5,281 nt of DNA from an uncultured Gammaproteobacteria bacterium (GTDB lineage Bacteria > Patescibacteriota > Patescibacteriia > UBA2591 > UBA6264), in the NCBI GenBank assembly GCA_964617525.1, contig CAZTWG010000027.1, forward strand, positions 427 to 5,707, in the 5' to 3' direction. Shown piece by piece: positions 1 to 4,945 of this stretch; within the stretch, counting starts at the first letter, position 1; every line of letters starts with the position of its first letter. The notes under the pieces are model-generated. The model searched no databases. It was given only the letters and a program-made list of their open reading frames with translations, and had not been told where the DNA came from. The position numbers were made by a program, and so were the translations under genes.

Positions 1-1
1 A

Positions 2-31
2 CCTAAAAACCAAAATTTAGGATTTTTCTTT
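2..31. terminator. Possible weak intrinsic-terminator hairpin at the window edge, downstream of ftsH
   Basis: CCTAAA (2..7) is complementary to TTTAGG (16..21) across an 8-nt loop. On the + strand it is followed by ATTTTTCTTT (22..31). The stem has only 6 bp and 2 GC pairs. On the - strand any tail would lie outside the window. It could terminate an unseen convergent + strand gene, ftsH, or both. Confidence 0.2.
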
Positions 32-88
32 ACAGATATAAAAGATTTTTCTAGAATTTTTTTTATTTCAAGAATAGACATAATGTTA

Positions 89-1903
89 TCATTTCATAAT
101 TTGAGCAAATTCACCTTTTTCTAAGGTTTCTTTTTCCAAGAGTATTTTAGCAATTTTATCTAGCTTTTTGTTATTTTTAATTAATAGATTTTTTGCTTTT
201 TCATAGCATGAGTTAATAAATTTAGAGATTTCTTGGTCTATTAATTGGGCACTTTTTTCGGAGAAATTTCTTTTTTCGGAGATTTCTCTTCCTAAAAAAA
301 TCATTTCATGCGTTTCTCCAAAAGTACGAGGTCCCAATACTTTACTCATTCCATATTCGGTAACTAATTTGTTGGCTAGGTGGGTCGCTTTTTTCAAATC
401 GTTAGCTGCACCGGTAGTTATCTCTTTAAATTTTATTTCTTCACTAACATATCCTCCCAACAAAACAGATATATCATTAATGAGTTCTGATTTTGAACGT
501 AAAGATTTTTCTTCTTTAGGCATTCTAAGCGTATAGCCAGCTGCTTGACCACGAGAAATAATAGATATTTTTTGCACTTGGTCAGAGTCAGGAATATAGT
601 AACTAACTAAAGCATGTCCAGCTTCATGATAAGCGACAATTTCTTTTTCTTTCTTTGTTAAAATATGACTTTTTCTTTCAGGACCTAATAAAACTTTTTC
701 AATGCTATTCAAGATATCTAAATTGTCAATTTTACGTTTGTTCTTTTTAGCTGCCAGGATTGCTGCTTCATTTAATAAGCTTTCCAAATCTGCGCCAGTA
801 AAACCAGCAGTTCTTTCGGCAATATTTCTGATATCAACATTTGTCTTTAATGGCTTATTCTTTATATGAATTTTGAGTATGTCTTCTCTTTGCTTTATAT
901 CTGGTAGATTTAAAACAACTTTTCGATCAAATCTGCCTGGTCTAAGTAATGCTGGGTCAAGAATGTCTGGACGGTTTGTAGCAGCAATTACTATTAGCCC
1001 TATATTAGGTTCAAATCCATCAAGTTCAACTAATATTTGGTTTAACGTTTGTTCTCTTTCGTCGTGGGAGCCACCTACTCCAGATCCTCTTTGACGACCG
1101 ACAGCGTCTATTTCGTCAATAAAAAGAATTGAAGGAAGATTTTTCTTTGCTTTGTTAAATAGGTCTCGTACACGCGAAGCTCCAACGCCGACAAACATTT
1201 CAACAAATTCTGAACCAGATATGTGGAAGAATGGGACATCTGCTTCACCTGCTACAGCTCTTGCGACTAAAGTTTTTCCGCATCCAGGAGGGCCGATGAG
1301 CAATATACCTTTAGGAATTTTAGCCCCTAATGCAATATATTTTTTTGGTCTTTTAAGAAAATCAACAATTTCATGTAGTTCTTCTTTAGCTTCTTCTATA
1401 CCAGCTACATCTTTGAATGTAGTTTTCTTTTTTTTGTCTTTAGTATTAACGTTTTTAGCTTTGCTTTCTCCGAATTTCATAGCCTGAATCCCTGCTCCTT
1501 GCATCTTGCGAGTAAAGAAAAAGATTAAAACAAATAGTAATAATATAGGAATTATAAAGGGTAAAATGACGGTTAAAAGGAAGTTTCTGTTTTTTAAGTT
1601 TTTAACTTTAATGCTTACATTCATTAATGTTTCAGGGGGAATATTGTAATTATTAAGCAATTGATTTAAGGATTGACCTTCTTCTTTGAATGAAAATTGA
1701 TTTTCGTTATTGTTTAAAACAATGTTTAGTTTATTTTCTTCTATAGTTATTTCTTTAACTTTTTTATCAATAATTTGTTGAGCTAATTCATTTAATGTTA
1801 TCTCTTTAATGTCTTTATTTTGTTCATTGAATAAGCTAAAAAAACCAGAAATAACTAGCAAAACAACAAAAAAGATTAGAAAATTTTTCAATAAAGATTT
1901 CAT
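89..1903 (-). CDS. ftsH: ATP-dependent zinc metalloprotease FtsH (AAA+ membrane protease), 604 aa
   Basis: Full-length ORF with two hydrophobic helices (about aa 8-24 and 108-130) flanking a short extracytoplasmic domain. Walker A is GPPGCGKT (nt 1271..1294, checked by reverse-complementing). Walker B is ILFIDEIDA. The pore loop is MFVGVGA. The second region of homology is [20 protein letters not shown]. The zinc site is HEAGH (nt 614..628, checked), and the downstream [11 protein letters not shown] segment is typical of FtsH. ATG at 1901..1903; TGA stop at 89..91. Confidence 0.97.
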   Translation of the reverse strand: MKSLLKNFLIFFVVLLVISGFFSLFNEQNKDIKEITLNELAQQIIDKKVKEITIEENKLNIVLNNNENQFSFKEEGQSLNQLLNNYNIPPETLMNVSIKVKNLKNRNFLLTVILPFIIPILLLFVLIFFFTRKMQGAGIQAMKFGESKAKNVNTKDKKKKTTFKDVAGIEEAKEELHEIVDFLKRPKKYIALGAKIPKGILLIGPPGCGKTLVARAVAGEADVPFFHISGSEFVEMFVGVGASRVRDLFNKAKKNLPSILFIDEIDAVGRQRGSGVGGSHDEREQTLNQILVELDGFEPNIGLIVIAATNRPDILDPALLRPGRFDRKVVLNLPDIKQREDILKIHIKNKPLKTNVDIRNIAERTAGFTGADLESLLNEAAILAAKKNKRKIDNLDILNSIEKVLLGPERKSHILTKKEKEIVAYHEAGHALVSYYIPDSDQVQKISIISRGQAAGYTLRMPKEEKSLRSKSELINDISVLLGGYVSEEIKFKEITTGAANDLKKATHLANKLVTEYGMSKVLGPRTFGETHEMIFLGREISEKRNFSEKSAQLIDQEISKFINSCYEKAKNLLIKNNKKLDKIAKILLEKETLEKGEFAQIMK

Positions 1904-1930
1904 ATTAAATATTTTTTAACTTATTATCTG

Positions 1931-3001
1931 TTATTTTTTTAAAGACAGACCTAATCTATGATTTCCTGGTTCGATAGAAACAATTTTAAAGCTTAAGACA
2001 TCTCCTACTTGAGCGATTTCAGATATATTTTTTGTTGGCTTCTCAGATAATTCAGAAATATGGGCTAAACCATGAATAAGGGGGTCTAATTCGACGAAAA
2101 GACCAAAGGGATTTATTTTTAACACCTTTCCTTTAACCCTTTGTCCTAATTTATATTTTTTGTCTATATTCAACCACGGGTCTTCAATTGTCTTTTTTAT
2201 AGATAGAGACACCTTTCCTTGCTCGGTAATATCAATAATCTCTGCTTTTATTTTATCTCCAATGGCAACTACATCTTTAGGGTGATCTATTCGACGCCAA
2301 GCAAGCTCAGATATGTGAATAAGTCCTTCTTGATTCTGGTCAAACGTTATAAAAGCTCCAAAATCAACCAGTCCGCTTATCTTTCCTTCTACCACATCTC
2401 CTACTTTATATTTATTTATGACATCCTTTTTGGCGTTTTTGTCTGTATTCTTTTCTGAGACCACTAAAGTGTTGTTCTTTTCGTCAACAGTTATGATTTT
2501 TGTAGTTATTTCTTGGCCTATAAATCTTTTCAATTTTTCTAATATCTTATTTTTGTTGCCACCTTCCACTCTAGGATAGTTTTCGTTTTTTAGTTGAGAG
2601 ACGGGTAAAAATCCTTGTATCTTGCCATACTTGACTATTAGACCACCTTTGTTAGCTGCTGTTATTTTTACTTTGATATTTTTTTTGTCTTTTTCTATTT
2701 CTCCCAATTTATTCCAGATTTTTTTATGGCTGGCGGAACGAAAAGAAAGCTCAATTAAACCCTTTTCGTTTTCTAGCTCAATTACAGTAGCTGAGATTTT
2801 GTCTCCCCTTTTTAGGTCAGAAAAATCGCCCGACTCATCTAATAATTCGGTGCCACGTACAACTCCTGTAGCTATCCCATTTAAGTCTAGATAAATTTCA
2901 TTTCGACCAATTTCTATAACTTTTCCCTCAGCTAGTTCATTAAGCTTTGGTAATGATTTTATTATTTGGAAATAATCTTTTTTCTTGGATGGTTCTTGCA
3001 T
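1931..3001 (-). CDS. rpsA: 30S ribosomal protein S1, four S1 (OB-fold) domains, 356 aa
   Basis: Four tandem S1-type repeats at about aa 24-88, 106-184, 198-269 and 284-355. Repeats 3 and 4 carry the classic pattern, G-x-V-x-G-K-[IV]...[DP]FG-x-F[IV]...GL-x-HISEL (GDVVEGKISGLVDFGAFITF...EGLIHISELA and GQRVKGKVLKINPFGLFVEL...HGLAHISELS). TAA stop at 1931..1933. Confidence 0.88.
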   Translation of the reverse strand: MQEPSKKKDYFQIIKSLPKLNELAEGKVIEIGRNEIYLDLNGIATGVVRGTELLDESGDFSDLKRGDKISATVIELENEKGLIELSFRSASHKKIWNKLGEIEKDKKNIKVKITAANKGGLIVKYGKIQGFLPVSQLKNENYPRVEGGNKNKILEKLKRFIGQEITTKIITVDEKNNTLVVSEKNTDKNAKKDVINKYKVGDVVEGKISGLVDFGAFITFDQNQEGLIHISELAWRRIDHPKDVVAIGDKIKAEIIDITEQGKVSLSIKKTIEDPWLNIDKKYKLGQRVKGKVLKINPFGLFVELDPLIHGLAHISELSEKPTKNISEIAQVGDVLSFKIVSIEPGNHRLGLSLKK

Positions 3002-3075
3002 AAATTAAATTAGTTAATTCTGCCAAAAATATTTTATTTTTTTAGCAAATGTTAATTAGTTAGATATATAGTCAT

Positions 3076-3103
3076 ATTTTATCATTAAAAGAAGGATTGT
3101 CAA
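3076..3103 (-). promoter_or_regulatory. Candidate sigma70-type promoter for rpsA(-ftsH)
   Basis: Read on the - strand: TTGACA (3098..3103, 6/6), a 16-nt spacer, then TGA-TAAAAT. This is an extended -10 with the TG within 3082..3084 and the hexamer at 3076..3081 (5/6). The predicted transcription start near 3069 gives a leader of about 68 nt. Confidence 0.5.
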
Positions 3104-3188
3104 TTGAAATTTGGAGATTATGGGTTAGGTAATCAGATAATTGGGGTTATGAAAGGATGAGTATTAAGAATCAGAAACGAGCATTGCT

Positions 3189-3228
3189 GATTGTTGATTG
3201 TTGAGAAATTCACAAGCAATCAACAATT
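3189..3228. repeat. Perfect 11-bp inverted repeat built from ATTGTTGA octamers; operator-like or an RNA hairpin
   Basis: ATTGTTGATTG (3190..3200) is the exact reverse complement of CAATCAACAAT (3217..3227), 16 bp apart. Three more pairs form (3201..3203 with 3213..3215) if G3216 bulges. The left arm is itself a tandem GATTGTT GATTGTT. It lies 8 bp upstream of TTGACA (3236..3241). Confidence 0.7.
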
Positions 3229-3235
3229 AATCTAT

Positions 3236-3264
3236 TTGACATCTATTGTTTGATGCTTTAATCT
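3236..3264 (+). promoter_or_regulatory. Candidate promoter for the 377-aa gene
   Basis: TTGACA (3236..3241, 6/6), a 17-nt spacer, then TAATCT (3259..3264), which keeps the conserved T, A and final T. An alternative -10 is TGc-TTTAAT (3254..3262) with a 15-nt spacer. With the first option the predicted transcription start falls at about 3271, on the ATG. Confidence 0.35.
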
Positions 3265-3270
3265 TATCTT

Positions 3271-4404
3271 ATGTCTCAAAAAATAATAAAAAGACAAACT
3301 GTCATTCTTTTTTTATCTGTCTTAATGTTAGGACTTTTTATTTTTGCTACCTATTTTTATTGGGTTCCAGACACTTTAATTGATTTTGTCCCTGATAACA
3401 TTCTACTTTACTCTCATTTAAATCTTAGTAAATTTCATTATTCAGGATATTTGGCTCAAAAATGGCTTAAAGCTAACGACGACAGGATAGAAAATATTTT
3501 TAGAGAACATTCGGTTGATTTTAGCATTATCAATTCTTTAGAAGAGATAGCATTGTTTGTTTCAGCGGAAGACAATTCAGGCGTTAGCCAACTTGAACTA
3601 ATCCTTAAAAGCAAAATAGGTTTAAATGATTTACAAAAAATGTTGCCATCTTCTTGTTTTGTGGAAAAGATATCAGACAAAGTTTTTAGAATCTCTTTTC
3701 ATATTAATTCAGACAAGACGAGAGATTTAACATCTTTCTCTAGAGAAAATAGATTTTGTTTCATTAGCCCTTTTGACAAAACTCCATCTTTAGTTAATGG
3801 TTATATCGACCTAGGAGTGATGTCTGTCTATTTGCCTGCCCCAAAAATACCAATGGAATCTAGGTTTGTTAAGTTTAGTGTTTTATATTCTTCTCCGCAA
3901 AATAACAAATTATTTTTTGAGATAGAGAATAAGAATACTTTTGACCACCCTTTATTTAGTTCACAAGAAAATGATTTTTCTGTTTTAGGGAATGATTTTG
4001 ATTTTGTTTTTGTTTTTCCGAGACAAGAATCTATTAATGAATTGGAAGATAGAATCAAAGTTTACTTAGCATCGCAAAACCCCAAAGAACGTAAAGTTAT
4101 ATTGCCAGACAACTCTTCTTTTGTAGAAATAATTGTTGACACCGAAGATTTTGTATTTAAAAAAGAAGGCTTGATAGATTATTGGAAAGAATCTCCAGAC
4201 TATGGCTTTGAAGTTGCTCTTTCCGAAGACGAAGAAAGCACTTTTTTCTCCAATAATCATATTTTATTAAAAGAAATTATTCTAACTGAGCAAAAAGAAA
4301 ATTCAAAATCAGCTTTGTACTGGGATGTTAATAATACTTGGTTGCAAAGATTGGCGCTTAAGGAAAAGAATCAAAAAATTGAAGGTTTTTTGGAATTGAA
4401 ATAA
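3271..4404 (+). CDS. Uncharacterised protein with an N-terminal membrane anchor, 377 aa; possibly DUF3352-like
   Basis: A 377-codon ORF in AT-rich DNA, where random ORFs are short. The N-terminus MSQKIIKRQ is positively charged and is followed by about 22 hydrophobic residues (TVILFLSVLMLGLFIFATYFYW, nt about 3298..3363). There is no lipobox cysteine. The rest is acidic and rich in F, S and N, with no catalytic motif I recognise. From memory only, the post-anchor segment DFVPDNILLYSHLN and the later EEIALFVSAED resemble the N-terminal pattern of DUF3352 proteins. Confidence 0.85.
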   Translation: MSQKIIKRQTVILFLSVLMLGLFIFATYFYWVPDTLIDFVPDNILLYSHLNLSKFHYSGYLAQKWLKANDDRIENIFREHSVDFSIINSLEEIALFVSAEDNSGVSQLELILKSKIGLNDLQKMLPSSCFVEKISDKVFRISFHINSDKTRDLTSFSRENRFCFISPFDKTPSLVNGYIDLGVMSVYLPAPKIPMESRFVKFSVLYSSPQNNKLFFEIENKNTFDHPLFSSQENDFSVLGNDFDFVFVFPRQESINELEDRIKVYLASQNPKERKVILPDNSSFVEIIVDTEDFVFKKEGLIDYWKESPDYGFEVALSEDEESTFFSNNHILLKEIILTEQKENSKSALYWDVNNTWLQRLALKEKNQKIEGFLELK

Positions 4405-4435
4405 TTTTATCAAAAAGGATTGTGGATAAGTTGAC

Positions 4436-4463
4436 TTGCTATTTGTCTTTTTGATTATATACT
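4436..4463 (+). promoter_or_regulatory. Tentative promoter for the zinc-finger/lspA pair
   Basis: TTGCTA (4436..4441), a 16-nt spacer, then TATACT (4458..4463, 5/6). An overlapping TTGACT (4431..4436) has poor spacing to any good -10. The region is very AT-rich, so many near-matches exist. Confidence 0.25.
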
Positions 4464-4512
4464 AATATTTAAACTTTTAAATAAATAATTAATTTCTAAA
4501 TTTTAAAAAATA

Positions 4513-4541
4513 TTTGATACTTCTCTTTGCAGAGTATCAAA
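4513..4541 (+). promoter_or_regulatory. 9-bp stem / 11-nt loop hairpin (or palindromic operator) 30 nt upstream of the zinc-finger gene start
   Basis: TTTGATACT (4513..4521) pairs perfectly with AGTATCAAA (4533..4541). The loop is TCTCTTTGCAG. It is flanked by an A-run upstream (4505..4510) and AAAATCTTTTTCTCTTT downstream. Confidence 0.55.
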
Positions 4542-4570
4542 AAATCTTTTTCTCTTTAATTTATATTATT

Positions 4571-4945
4571 ATGTCTAAAAATTTTTTATCTATCACTAAA
4601 GATAAGCTAAAAAAACAACAAGAAAAAATTAAAAAACAATTAGCAGAAATATCTAATCGTAGCAAAAGAAAGGGTGGTTATTCTTATGAAGCTAAATTTC
4701 CAGAATATGGTCGCTCAGAAGACGAAAATGCTAACGAGGTTGCTGATTTTGCGGATAGTATTTCTCTAGGGAAAAGCTTGGAAAATTCTTTATTTAATAT
4801 AGACTTGGCTTTAAAGAAAATTGCCAATAACCAATATGGTATTTGTGAAATTTGCAAGAAAAAAATTAATCGCAAAAGATTAGAGATATTACCAACGGCT
4901 AGATATTGTTTAGATTGTAAAAATAACAGAAACAATGGGCTTTAA
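4571..4945 (+). CDS. DksA/TraR-family C4-type zinc-finger protein, 124 aa
   Basis: The C-terminal motif is C-E-I-C, then 17 residues, then C-L-D-C. The cysteine codons are at 4844, 4853, 4907 and 4916, and the surrounding text is YGICEICKKKINRKRLEILPTARYCLDCK. This is the DksA/TraR finger signature (G-x-C-x-x-C...I...RL...P-x-A...C-x-x-C). A K/E/Q-rich helical N-terminus, LKKQQEKIKKQLAEI, precedes it. I prefer ATG 4571 (MSKNF...) as the start. The track ORF begins at a TTG (4514) and adds 19 hydrophobic residues that span the hairpin. Confidence 0.88.
   Translation: MSKNFLSITKDKLKKQQEKIKKQLAEISNRSKRKGGYSYEAKFPEYGRSEDENANEVADFADSISLGKSLENSLFNIDLALKKIANNQYGICEICKKKINRKRLEILPTARYCLDCKNNRNNGL

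Noticed and set aside
21-52. 9-bp direct repeat GATTTTTCT (21..29 and 44..52) downstream of ftsH
   Set aside because: It is a low-complexity T-rich sequence in an AT-rich spacer. It is short, has no partner structure, and is probably chance.
86-91. ftsH ends with tandem stops TGA-TAA; possible sign of UGA reassignment (code 4 or 25)
   Set aside because: All conserved genes here are full-length and uninterrupted under the standard code, with no in-frame TGA. The Trp codons I checked are TGG. The other three stops are TAA, as expected for AT-rich DNA. One TGA backed by TAA cannot discriminate between codes, so there is no positive evidence for recoding.
1362-1369. Extra copies of the ATTGTTGA octamer outside the intergenic cluster (inverted at 1362..1369 within ftsH, as part of an 11-nt match AATCAACAATT; direct at 4132..4139 within the 377-aa gene)
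   Set aside because: Both are isolated single copies inside coding sequence and encode ordinary residues. One or two chance hits per 5 kb is within expectation for this base composition, so I do not count them as regulatory sites.
1428-1435. T8 run (A8 on the coding strand) within ftsH, a potential slippage site
   Set aside because: It encodes the lysine run DKKKKTT in the linker after TM2. Such tracts are common in AT-rich genomes. The downstream frame is intact and conserved, so there is no frameshift.
873-1487. Two + strand ORFs (873..1094, 73 aa; 1152..1487, 111 aa) listed in the ORF track
   Set aside because: Both lie entirely antisense to the most conserved part of ftsH (the AAA+ core). 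Their S/P/T/R-rich, low-complexity translations are typical of the reverse frame of a real gene. They have no motifs and no upstream signals.
2219-2894. + strand ORFs 2219..2458 and 2622..2894
   Set aside because: They are antisense to rpsA. Their translations are hydrophobic or low-complexity, with no recognisable domain. They are best explained as shadow ORFs.
3120-3160. Minimal ORFs ATG-GGT-TAG (3120..3128, just after GGAG 3113..3116) and ATG-AAA-GGA-TGA (3149..3160)
   Set aside because: They are only two and three sense codons long. The GGAG is just 3 nt from the ATG, which is too close for SD function. Nothing distinguishes them from chance.
3994-4017. Hexanucleotide tandem tract GATTTT GATTTT GTTTTT GTTTTT inside the 377-aa gene
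   Set aside because: The repeat unit is a multiple of 3, so slippage would not cause on/off phase variation. The tract simply encodes the alternating strand-like peptide DFDFVFVF. It is only four imperfect units.
3456-4260. Three - strand ORFs (3456..3680, 3828..4058, 4066..4260)
   Set aside because: All are nested antisense within the much longer 377-aa ORF. They are short, have no motifs and have no plausible promoters. The long + strand frame, with its clean signal-anchor N-terminus, is the better model.
4411-4453. Inverted repeat CAAAAAG (4411..4417) / CTTTTTG (4447..4453) after the 377-aa gene as a possible terminator
   Set aside because: The arms are 7 bp of nearly pure A/T and are separated by 29 nt with no convincing internal pairing. 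No U-tract follows. This is too weak to call.
4514-4570. TTG-initiated 19-codon N-terminal extension (MILLFAEYQKIFFSLIYII) of the zinc-finger ORF
   Set aside because: The extension is hydrophobic, which does not fit a soluble DksA/TraR protein. It begins exactly on the left arm of the 4513..4541 hairpin and would be translated through that hairpin. The in-frame ATG at 4571 gives a typical family N-terminus.
4684-4935. - strand ORF of 83 aa
   Set aside because: It is antisense to the zinc-finger gene, whose CxxC-N17-CxxC signature fixes the true frame and strand.
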